Shown here in pieces: positions 1 to 12,100 of a stretch of 64,000 nucleotides of DNA. The notes beneath the pieces are model-generated. The model saw only the letters and a list, made by a program, of their open reading frames with translations. It was not told where the DNA came from and made no database searches. Source of the DNA: Antedon mediterranea (taxonomy: Eukaryota; Animalia; Echinodermata). The DNA lies in NCBI RefSeq assembly GCF_964355755.1, contig NC_092672.1, positions 10,726,001 through 10,790,000 of the forward strand. Reading direction: 5' to 3'. The translations under genes were made by a program, and so were the position numbers. Every line of letters begins with the position of its first letter. The stretch's first letter is position 1.

Positions 1-1027
1 AGTTTAATATAATTTACATATTGTTACTGTTCATTATATTTGCATAAATTTACATAATTTAAATATATCTTTCGAGGCCTCTTGTTGTTGAACTTTTTTA
101 GTAAGAGTAGTAGTGTAATGGCAAGCAGTTTGTCATCTTTGAAATGCATGGAATTCAAATTTGTTAATTATCATTTCATTTTTTATTTATGAATTATTAA
201 AAAAAAAATATATCCACATTCAATGGAAATACCAACATATTTTATGTCAATATACCCTCATAATTATCATACAGAATAAACTAGACTTCAATAAAGGTAA
301 AAAATGGCTATTGGCCAATTATTAAACATGATTTCTGGCTTAGAGGCCTATGAACCCAAGCTCACATAAAAATTTGACTTTATCCAAGTACTGTACTACA
401 CCTGCAATCAGAATAACAAACTGCTTGACATTAAAAGAATATACGTACGCGTTTGATTCATTCATATTGAGGGCAGCATATTACAAATTTATTTCATGCA
501 AAAAAAATAAAAAATTATGAAAATATCGGCTCATTATGAACAACAAAGCTAAAGAGTTGGAATTAAATTGGAAATTGTTAATATTTAACTGATTTCAGTT
601 AAAAAATCATTTACAAATGCATAATGAATAAATTACATACAGTTTTAGAATATCTATTGAATATCAGATATGAATATCATTTGTGACAACATTATCAAAA
701 TATAATTTCAGTACATTAATGCTGTTAATTATAAAGTTAAATTAATTTCAAATCCATATGCAGTTCCTATTTGCAATACACAACTGGACACAGCATGTAA
801 AAAGAACGCAAAAAAACAACAAAACTAAACTATAAATTAAACAAAATTGTTACTACCAATTAAAACAAATACAAGTTTGAAGACAGTATTTTTATTTTAT
901 GAAAACAAACGTTATCGAATTTTTGAATTTCATATTTTCCATTTTTATACCTCAAATGGCAAGAATTAAGGTTGTTGGAAATAGCATTGAACTTTGTATG
1001 AAGAAATTGGTGAATTAAAACCAAATT

Positions 1028-1224
1028 AAACTAGTTTTATATACTGTAAAAAAAGTAGTATAAACTAGTTTAGACTAGTTTTATATAAAGTGGTAAAAAC
1101 TAGTTTAAACTAGTTTTATGCACAGTAAACAAGCAGTAAACTAGTTTATATAAAACTAGTATACAGTACATACAACTAGTTTAAACTAGTTTATACTGCT
1201 TTTTTACAATATATAAAACTAGTT
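1028..1224. repeat. Palindromic element built from about 11 AAACTAGTTT (ACTAGT) units
   Basis: Outer ~50-bp arms are reverse complements; multiple internal ACTAGT palindromes. Confidence 0.7.
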
Positions 1225-2579
1225 GATTGTTAGTTATAATTAGTTTGACGATACTGTCAACAAACTATTCACAATACTATTACTATTACTACCAACTAGC
1301 AGACAACCATTTTGTTAAAATACAAAACTAATACTTAATGGATTATACCACTTTAATTTAAGGGAAGATATGAATTTCATTTGAGGTTAAATTTACCCAA
1401 AAAGACAATACATTCATTGCACATTTAACTACCAACCAACCCCAGTAGATATAAATAATCCTGTAACACTACCCTTTAGATGTCATTACTTAATGCCACT
1501 GCTTAATACAGGTATTTAAAAACAATTATATACTTCACAACAATTGTACCATTGTAAAAGGGGTGCTAGCACTTTTCTGCCGCTCCTCGAAACTTTGGCC
1601 CGACAGTACAGTTCATCATCATCATTTTATTAACATCCAATGACTTCCCTATATTTGAGTTAAACAGCAAAATGAAATAAAAAGTAAAAAAAAAAAATTA
1701 TATAAAAACAAAACAGAAAATGAATTTTTTTGCAGGAATGTATATAAAAAATTGGAACTAAAATTAAATTTACAATTAAGGGCAAGCCAAAAAGTAAACT
1801 AATCCTCCCTATCATTTGAACAGTCTCATAGCCAAAATCTATAATACAGTGTCAATATCTCTGCAACCCTAAACATGATACAAGCAACACATGTGATGCA
1901 GAAAATCTGGTGCAAATTATGCAGGCCAAAGAGAATTTCATTTAATTTTCCTGAATAGAGTAAGGGTTTGGCAAAATTCTATATCTCAAATTTATATCTA
2001 AAATTAATCATAAAAACCTAATATAATTAAAAGAATTGAGCCTACATAACCTAGCATGATTGTACACAAATAATTCTCTACTCGTGCAAATATTTAAATC
2101 TAACATGAACCCGATGAACCATGCAATACAAATGAAAAATAATTGAAACTGATATGAGAATAAGGAAGACACCAATTAACTATAAGAATCATGACATTAG
2201 AAATATTACAGTAGTTTTAGCTAATTTTATTTTAATTTATTATGGACATTATTATTATAACATGATTACTTTTATTATTATTTTAGATTTTAAATAATGT
2301 AATGGGGTGCCAGTTCTTGTAGGTCATGAACGAGGCCTATATATTTACACAAAAAAAGAATTCTGTATGACTGACTAAACTTAAGTAAGCTCAAGAAAAG
2401 TTCAGAATTAAATAGGGTAATTTATTGCGTTGTACAAAATTATATAAATAAATAAAATTCCAAATAAATAAATAAAAAAGTAAAATAAATAATATCTCTA
2501 TGATTGAACCAAAGAACACAGGCCAGGCTGTCTAAGTGCTTTCATGAATATTCATGACCTACAAATTTGGCACCCACTT

Positions 2580-2796
2580 AGGGCCTTCACACCTGCTACG
2601 GTTCCAAAGCCGCAAATAAAATCGCCTCTCGAGGATTCATTTCTACGATGTGCCACACCAGTTATGTGCCAATCTTTTTACTCAATAGGCACATGCATAG
2701 CCGCGAGCCGTGAAAATCCAACAGTCACAAATGCTGTACACGCAATCTGACACGAATATGAACTGGAGCTGGACCGGAGTAGGTGTGAAAGACCCT
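2580..2796. mobile_element. MITE (AGGG.C.TTCACACCT..TCCGGT/CCA TIR)
   Basis: Imperfect inverted ends; a related terminus GGATCTTTCACACCTG occurs at about 19060. Confidence 0.55.
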
Positions 2797-5471
2797 ATAC
2801 AGGTGCTTCTATAAAAATATGTTAATGACGGTTTAGAAATGAAACACATTTCTAAAATCAAAAATAATAACTAGTAAATAATAAGAAAGAAGAAAAACAT
2901 GATGCAATAAATATTTTAAAAAATGAAATTAAAACATAATGCTGTATAAAAAACAAATAATAAATCAGTTTTATGTGTTAATTGTGATTTTATAGTAAAT
3001 ACTGGGTTAAACAAATCAAAATTATCTTTGACCCTAACTGGTCAATTTGTGATAGACTCCATGCAGCAACGTGTATACCATCATGCAAAGCAAGCCATCA
3101 TGCAACATCGACCAAGCTTCCATAGCAACTTGCTTTACAAAGTTTTACTTAAATCATGACTTTGAATAATGCATTTTTGTAGGTCATAAAGTTGCTATAA
3201 AAACTTGGCTATTGATAATTAGCAAACCATTATATATAGTCTTGATTGGTCAAGCCAGTCTTCATTCTCAGTTGGAATAGGAGAACATAACTCGATAAAT
3301 ATAGGGTTGGATTATGAAAGTGGAAGAAATACTGTATCAAACACAGATATAAATATATTTTATTTAAATAATGTAAAGTTTTGCATAGCAATTTAGATAA
3401 TGTTCTTTTTAAACAATTGATTTTATATTTAATTTAATTTTCTAAAAATTGCTATGATTTCAATTATATGATTTCTGAACATTAATTTATTATAGTTATT
3501 TCTCAAAAATGAATAATTACCAAGAAAGTGTTCACAAAAGTATCCAAAAGTCACTCAGAGATAGAAGGGTCAATGAGGTCGTGGAACAAGCCAATGAAAC
3601 ATTGAAATCATGCATGGCCGAGAATTACATGGATTTACGTTGATTGTATTTACCGGTAAACATGTTTCTTTGAAATTTTTGGTAAACGTTGGTTGAAAGT
3701 TGCCGGGCTGGAGAAAAGTCAAAGACGAAATAAAAATATAAATTTGTTTGCCTTTACAAAAAAATACATAGCCAAGACTGATATTAAAAACACAACATTA
3801 GCATCATACTAGGTTTATATGGACAGATTTGTTTAAATAAATATTCTGATTTTAAAAATCTTAGAATCATTGCCAGGGGCCAAGATATTTTGAACAGGGG
3901 AGTAAATTAATAGTAGGTAAAAAATAGATACCTCATGCTTGATTGGTAACATTGGGAGATTTTGTTTTCGTGACGCGCCACCTAACAGGCAGTTGTCGAG
4001 TCATTCAACGCAAAAATATGAGTATGCGAAAAATTACCATTTACCCGACACTTACTTCATAATCGAGTGGAGAGTTTGTACAAACATAATCTCCTAAATG
4101 TTACATGAACTCGCATTCCAGTAGCAACTTACAGTCGGTAAGACACAAACAAAGTTTTTCTTTTTCAAAGAAATAATAAGGGCATATACGCAGGCTAAAA
4201 AAATGCACTTTACAAAAATTTAAGTAAAATAGGAAATGGGAAAAATGTTAAATGAAAAAGCTTGTAATGTAAGTAAAAGTTTTTAGTTGGGTCTTTGCAA
4301 TTGGTATGGGATTCCTCAATATTTGATCTGTCAAAGCAAAAGCTCTAGCTAGACATTCTAGAATCTGAAAATAACATGTTTTTCACTTTGTGCCTTCCAT
4401 ACTTATATGTGGCGCATTTAGAAACTGTGCATTTAGCACATGAAAAATAATGTTGCTACTGGAATATTGTGGTTTGAGAAAATAAAATTATAAGCAGTGC
4501 CTTATATTCTGTACAAACCATATGAAATGAACAGTACAGGTCATTCTATATTGATAAAAATGTAATCAATATAAAATTTAAAAAAAAAACATTTTAAAAA
4601 GTCATTGGACATTCTAAAGCGAACTTTTAATATTAGGTTACTGTTTGATTTTATAACTATTAATTTTAATATTTTTGAGGTGGCTATTATAATTCTAATC
4701 AAATTTATAAAATATTTGCTTTATGTTTTTCTGGATTCTCAAAACAATAATTGGAAATAAGTTAATATTTGTGTTACTTTTTCTTGTTTTTTATCCTTTA
4801 AATTTAAATTGTATGAATTTCAAATAAAATGAAACATTTGAGAGAAAAAATAATAAATTTTGTCTACTGCTAATTCACAGAAATAATATGTTCTATCTAT
4901 TTCAAATATTATTATCACTGTCAATGGGTTTGTGTCTATATTGTTGCCTTTTAAACACATTTTTAGAAAATGTGTAAATCTATAACAAAAAAGTTGGTAG
5001 TATAGTAGTAGTAGTATTAACATTACAAGATATCAAAACATTCTAAAAATTGAAAAATTTCAGTTATATAACAAAATATAAAAAAAATGTACAAATGTAT
5101 ACATCTTATTATTCATATCAAAACTTACATCCAACTTAATTCTTAAGTTATTAAATTCCAGATAAAGAAACGTCTTAAAAATACAAAATATTGCATTGAA
5201 TGGTAACGTATTATTTACAACCTAAAGTAATTAATTACATAATAATGTACTGTTTACAATATAAATATATAGATCAATTATATACCAAAGATTCCAAGAA
5301 GCAAGCAAAGCAAGTGTTTGAAAAGACACTTTGGAATTCAATATTTGCGAAAAAAATTAAAAAAGCATTACGAATTTCAAAAGCTCAAAAAAGCTAGCCC
5401 TCATGAATCATTGAATAATTACAACGCCCTCTATAGTATAAACATAGAGGGCGTTTAAAGGAGCATTTGAA

Positions 5472-5933
5472 TCAAACGGATGATTGGAAGACAATGCAAC
5501 TTTCAGAACGTTCCAAAACATTACCAGTTGTCGTAGCACCATCGTTATCAGAAGACAGATCATCCAAATGCGATATAGCACCAAGAGAGAATGCTCGCTG
5601 CGGCTGGTACGCCACAACTTCCATGACATCATGCAATCTATGTGCTACATCTACATTTGCGATTGCCCTCTGGGCACGATAACTACCATGGTTGTTTGAT
5701 CGAAATTTACCCGGCGGAGAACCGGTAAGAAACGTCTTTAGTGGCAAGTCCTCCTCCTCATCGTCTTCATCATTGTTATTATTACAAGCATCGGTTCGTG
5801 GTCGACCGGTCACCGGCATCATGCGATCATTGTCGTCCCACCAGAAGTCGGGACTGGACGTGGAAGATAATGAGGATAGATGCGCCAGACGGGAACAGCA
5901 GAGAAAAGTGCAACAACAAGAGGTTACTGGTAG
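5472..5933 (-). CDS. Putative stop-codon readthrough extension of Kv-beta, 153 codons (LPVTSCCCTFLCCSR...ESCIVFQSSV*)
   Basis: In frame directly after TGA-CTA. Includes ORF-track entry 5472..5822 plus 37 upstream open codons. Coding-like base composition persists to the second stop and then drops to AT-rich UTR. Confidence 0.7.
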   Translation of the reverse strand, partial: LPVTSCCCTFLCCSRLAHLSSLSSTSSPDFWWDDNDRMMPVTGRPRTDACNNNNDEDDEEEDLPLKTFLTGSPPGKFRSNNHGSYRAQRAIANVDVAHRLHDVMEVVAYQPQRAFSLGAISHLDDLSSDNDGATTTGNVLERSESCIVFQSSV

Positions 5934-6107
5934 TCATAACATTGTACCTGAATTATGCGCCTCACGTCCGTGAGACGATAGAGATTGCATGTCAGTTGGG
6001 ATACCACTCGGTTGCCGTGACATCCCTGTCCGACCATCTTTCATCGGTTTGTTTCCAAGAATTTTGTCAATCTCTAACATCATGTTTGGTGTTAATTTCT
6101 TGATAAC
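5934..6107 (-). CDS. KCNAB: Kv-beta last coding exon up to the first stop: [57 protein letters not shown]
   Basis: caag acceptor at 6108; [10 protein letters not shown] matches the Kv-beta C-terminus; TGA at 5936-5934. Confidence 0.93.
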   Translation of the reverse strand, partial: VIKKLTPNMMLEIDKILGNKPMKDGRTGMSRQPSGIPTDMQSLSSHGREAHNSGTML

Positions 6108-9100
6108 CTTGGGTTAAGAAAAACAACCAATTGTTAGAATCCTTTCTCAGGAATAATTGAGCCAAGTAGTGCCGAATAATTGCCTATGCCTATTTTTGGA
6201 CCAATATTCACCTATAGGAATAGTTCCTTTATGAATTTAGGTTAGGCCATTTTCTTGTAAACCATAAACTATTGAAAGTTATTTAGCCTAGGAAGGACAA
6301 CTTCTAATTACCATTAGAACGGAATAGTTATGAACCAATTGAGATGAAATAAAGCAGTTAAGGAAAGAATGAACATAATCATTTGGAACATTCCCAACAT
6401 GTCTCCAAGGATTAGAAAATTAATCAGTATTCTATCAGTAATCCCACTGACAGGGGTTATTTTGTGAACAATTTCAACGAAGCAATTCCCCGTACTCGTC
6501 TTGAATGGTTTATAGTCCTTATCTGAAAAGACTTCACCACCAGAACTAGGAGCGAGTCAGCGTCAAACCCATGCCTTAGTTATAGTAAATGGCGGCCCTG
6601 TCTTAATTTGACTTGCTGAATAATAAACAAAATCAAAAAACATAAATATAATTCAAAACTAAACATTTAAATAAGTAGGCTAAAAGCATCCACTAAACCT
6701 GCTCTGTAGTACTTGCTGATTTCCGTTATTTTTTCTTAACCGAGATTAATTAACAAAGTCAAGTACCGTATCGTTATGCCACGTAGTACACAGCCACGAG
6801 CCAATTACGAATGATAATCAGGTTACAGTACAAGGTGTTAAGTTTCAAAATTGAGATGCAAATTGATTCCAGGAAATTTCAGAAGAAATTTGAGAACTAA
6901 GTTTTTCCCTCAAGGTAGTGAAGAAGGATATTAAACGTTATTCCCTCAAGGTAGTGGAGAAGTTTAATAACCATTTGCCTTAGTTATCTTACTTCTTTGT
7001 TCTATGTTCTTTTTCTTTTTTTTATATCAATTCTGTTTACAGTCATCAAATAATTCACCACAGCTGAAATAATTTAATCTATGCTTTCCTGTTTATTGAT
7101 GTCCCTAATTTGGGTTCCTATTGTTCCTTATTATTTTTGCTGGTAGACACTGTGTATCAAGAATGTGTATATCTTAACATAGATTCTAAGTACTGTATAT
7201 TCCTTTGTTCATATACTAATTGATATGCTAATTTAGTGTCCAAGCTTATGTATGTGGGTTGCATTTAATTGGTTTTAGTATTACAGTTTATTTTTAATTT
7301 GGTTTTATCGAACTTCCGTTTTATCTGAGTATTATCTGTTTTAATCTAGTCTATCTTTATTTTTATACTCATATTTTTTTATATTGTATGTTTAATTGTT
7401 TTAAGGATGCACCATTATTATGTGTGCCGCTGTTCAAAAAGCGTTTTCCAAATAAATTATTATTATTATACAAATCCTAAACTATAGGTAAACATGCATA
7501 GTTCTATAAATGTAAAACTTATTCAAAGCCAGATTTCAACTAGGTGAATTTATATTTTCATCTACTTTTTGTGACGTGATGTGCAACAAGTTAGAACTTA
7601 GAAATGTTTAATTTCCACGAGTATAATTGTCTTGTGGAAAACAGAATATAAACATTTATTATTTGTTCTATGATACACCTACTTTTATTTAATTTCTTCA
7701 TCATAAATCATTGACGAATGCTAGGCTAGAAAGAAAAAAAAGGTAGTGCTTCAACTTTAGACGCGGAGTAGAACAGCTATATATGGCACGCACAACAAAT
7801 TGTTTTCCAACGCGATAAGTCAACGACGTCACAAAAATGTTCAAACATTTTCACAGAAAGCTGAAAGTGCATTTAAACATTAAAAATTATCATTATAAGA
7901 TATATAGTGGGGTTCCTAATAGCTAAAAAAAAAAGGGACGATACTTCAAATTTGTTTAGAAGCATGACATTTGGTATGGCAAATTGTATAAAAAATGTTC
8001 AACTAACTGTGGAGCCCCACTAATAATTTTTTCATTAGGTAGAGCTACTAATTTCAAATGACACGCAGCGCATTATCAAATGGCAAGAATACAATCAGGT
8101 GTGTTATAATACAAATTACATCATAGCTAAAATTAAAATAAACTACAAAAAAAAAAAAAAAAAAAATATCCTAGGGTCTAAACATGTACATTTTCTTGTG
8201 AAAATTAATTTTTTTTTTTTTCAAAGGTTAAAATTTGATGGTCCAAAAGTTGATTTCTGACAATTATCATAGCATCAACATGATTGAACCGTCTGTGGTG
8301 GTTGTTGCTGAAACATACTGCACCTGCCTGCACACAATAACGATTTGGCTGATACATTTTTTATTAGGGCTACCCACCCATTCCTCTGTCTTATCAAGTA
8401 ATGTCTAATGCACAGATCGGGTTATATGCAATTATAGTACACTTTTAAAATTTAATTTATGTTTGTTTTAATAATTACATACACCAATATGGTACACCAC
8501 CTGTCTCCCTATATTTATACATAGTTAATAATAGCAGTGATCTCAAATATCACATCAAAAAGCCACAATTAGCTTTAAGTAAATAAAATGTCATTAATAT
8601 TGATTGCTATCAGATAATGTTATCATAATAGAATTTCTTACTCGTAAAGCCTGGATATTTTCATAGAGTTGATTAGCGTTGGAAGCCCCTAGGATGACTG
8701 AGTTTACTTGTTCATTCTTGAGTAACCACGCTTAAGAAAAAAGAAAGATGATTAGTTTAAAATTTAAATGTCGATAATGATTATGAAACTGTTGAAACAA
8801 AGAGCAGTGTATAGGCAATCAAATAAAAAAAAAATACACATTACAAAAACATGAAGTTTGTAGTGGAGTTGTAGCTTAGTGGTTAACATGCTTGCCTTCC
8901 AATAAGGTTTTTAGATAAGGTCCAACAATCGGCTTAAAACAGATAAGATAAAACATACCAATTGCAAGCTGTGGTAAAGTGCATCCTATACGATTTGCAA
9001 TGATGGCAATCTCTCTCAGTTTACTTTGCTGTCGTCGACCCTCATCACTTAAAATTCGTTCTTTTAACCATCCATACCCCTATTCAAAAAATTGTATTAA

Positions 9101-12100
9101 TTAATTTTTTTTGACACACCAAGGAAGAGGTCACAACTATTTTCACAGCCACCTATTAAAAAAAAATTGTTATATTATTTATTTCTAGCTTTAAAGCTCA
9201 GGTACAGGCATGAATTTTAAATATAATATTTGGTTAATTGTACATAAATCAAATATTTGTAACAGAAATGAAGATGAAAAAACATGAATTTCCCTTAATA
9301 TGGTCAAATACAAAATTTGGCAAAATTCTTCCATAAAAACCAGTAGTTAGGTAGGTAACCTATGGTAATAACATGTCTGGTGACTCCCTAGAAGGTGAAA
9401 AAAGATGGTGGATATACGGTGGATAATTTTTGCTATAGCATGAAAATAAAAATCTGAAGTTGAATAAAAATACCAGATATGTAATATTCAAGTTAAATTA
9501 CCTATATTTAGTCATCTGATAACATTTTTTACCACACCATTTAGTTTTCATAGCTTTTTAAAATGCCTCTCTATTTACAAAATTTGTGTACAAAAGACCC
9601 CACTGATAAGAAAGTGCTTATTTTCAACAAGCTCATGTAACACAAATAAAATCTCAAAAATTATGAAACATAGGGGAAACTATATAGATCGATAATTATT
9701 GGAATGTATGATCAATAAACAATTTTTGCCTGCGCCTGGCCTTTAAAATTGTATTACTTAAAATGTTAATTATTTAATAGAACATTTCCTCAATAGCTAA
9801 TAATGTTTTTTTTGTGTCCACTCTACCTTTCAAGTAATCAACTTTTGTACGCACATAAGTGGTGGGAACAATGTTAATGATATACAACTATAGTATATAA
9901 CAAAGTGATATTAATAAAAAAAAAATGCAATAAAGCTCATTAGAATAATATCAGCTAATAGAAATGTAATTTATCCATTGTAAATTTGATAATACTGTTC
10001 ACGATACCTCATATATTGTAAAAACATTTTTGAGTCGATAATAAAAAACAATACTCTCGCAGGTAGTTAAATAGAAAACGATACTAAGTATTTTGTCATT
10101 CAGTCAGTATGTCTACACCTCATGGTTATTAACAAGATATAAGTTTTTTTTTAAAACATGATCTTCTTGTATAGTAAATGGTTAACCAAAGCATTGCTTA
10201 TGAAATTGGCTCGGTGTCATTGTTATGCTTGAACTGTAGCATATTTTATTGATTTTCCTCGGTTTTGGTTTTTCCCTCAACACAATATTTTAAATACTGT
10301 AGGTTAAAAAAATTGGTGCATTTTGGCAAAATTATTTTTTCTATGCTATGGTTGTATCATTAGGTTCTCATTGCCTTGTCCTTCAGATGGGATGTAAAGC
10401 CAGTGTCCTACAATGCATGACAAAGAACTTGGTGTGCTGGTCATGGTAGATGATGTCATGGGTCTGTAGAATGCCTAATCTGATTTTTCCCAATTGAGTA
10501 TGAAAAAGATTAATTTACATTTATTTAAGAATAATTTTGCTTTAATTTCAATTCAATTTAACTTTATTTAACCATGACCCAGATCAACATATAGTTGTAC
10601 AATTTCAACAATGTTTTAATATCACAATAAAGATATTTAAGATGCGCCCTGAGCGGTTAAGACAGGGGCGCCGCCGTCAACCATAGCTATACAATCGGCA
10701 CTGGTTCAAGTCACTCCTCGACCATTGTTCTGGTGGTAGAATAGGTCTTCTTGGATAAGGACTTAAAACTGGAGGTCCAGTGTACACATCTGGCTTGTGT
10801 GCACTTTGAAGAACCCAGTACATCTTTCGGAAGAGTAGGGAGTTATCCGGTGTACTGGTCCATTCAGCCCCAGATAAACGAGCGCCGTATGGTGGCAGCA
10901 CTCGACACGAAGGGACCCTTAGGGGAGTAAAAAGTTGCGGTATATGTCGTCACACCTGTGCATAATTCAGCCCAGTAGGCTACAAGTCACAGGTTATTCT
11001 CCCATTTACATTTACCTAATGTACAACAATAACATACAGTATAACCAGGGAGTTGAAATTACAACTTCCTGATATAACATTATATTTTTTCCAACTCAGT
11101 AAAAAAAACATCCAGTTCAGTTTGGCTGGTTAAAATGTTTTTTTGCAATCGTATTCTAGTAATTCAGTGTATACTATTGGTACTAAAAACTACAGTGGCG
11201 TGAGAGGCATGTAGTATGCCATTTGATTTAATTCAAGTCTGATACAAACAGTAATTCAAAATAGAGAAACTTAAAAAACATGCAATATAGTAGAATTGAT
11301 AGTGAAAAAAATATAATAAAAGTATAGATTTAATAGTCATTTTTATAGGAATTGGACATTTTCAATAAAGAATTTCTCATATCCTTGAGAAAGCAATTTT
11401 TAAAAGAAATGTCACACTATGAATAAGAGATTACTTGAATTTATTCATTTTAATGATAAAACAGCAGTATATTATACAGCAGATTTATACAGTAAGCCAA
11501 ATATAAATTGCAATGTTGTGTATAACAACAGCAGTACACACTTTTTTTCCCTGCCTATATCTTCTCAGTTTTTCCTGATTTGTTTATTTAATTGTTTTGT
11601 TGATTTGATTGGAAATAAAATAATCAGAATATTTGATTAGACTAATTAATTGTTTTAATGTGAAATTGATAATTAATTTACTTATGTTATAAATATCCTC
11701 TCTCTCTCTCCCCTCCAAACGTTTTCCGTCATTCGGACATTACGCTTTCCACGATTTCTTTCCATATTTTCTCTTTTTGGCAGAATGGTGCCAAAGTCTA
11801 TATTTTTTCTTTTAAATCGGTTTTTCAATTCGGTTTATACAGTACAGTATATCTTTTGATCTTCCTGGTGATCTTTTTATTATTTTTCAGTTTCCTTCAT
11901 TGCATATCTTTCGGTAGTTTAATTATGTGTCCATACCATTTTAATCTTCTTCGTTTAATTATTTTACTCCATCTTGTTTTGTTATTATTATTAGTAATCT
12001 TTTGGCTTTCAGTGAAAAAGTCACCCATTTTTTTAGTATTTTGCCTAAAATAAAACACACAATTAGACTCCTAGTATGCTGAAGTTTAATTTCATAATTA

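Noticed and set aside
1-5400. An additional gene in the first 5 kb
   Set aside because: Very AT-rich with no exon-like frames; consistent with Kv-beta 3'UTR or downstream DNA with small repeats. The poly(A) site could not be fixed.
5472-5822. ORF MMPVTG... as an independent gene
   Set aside because: It is in frame and contiguous with the Kv-beta last exon and has no promoter or frame-preserving acceptor of its own; better explained as the extension.
5934-5936. TGA as selenocysteine
   Set aside because: No convincing SECIS could be seen by eye downstream, the position is not a conserved catalytic Cys site, and the CTA context fits ordinary readthrough. A SECISearch run would settle it.
5467-6103. 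Plus-strand ORFs 5467-5682, 5484-5699, 5692-5973 and 5741-6103
   Set aside because: Antisense shadows of the GC-richer Kv-beta last exon.
8862-8910. tRNA-like sequence GTGGAGTTGTAGCTTAGTGGTTAACATGCTTGCCTTCCAA
   Set aside because: Only an A-box and anticodon-like half, with no T-arm or acceptor closure; a SINE head remnant, not a tRNA gene.
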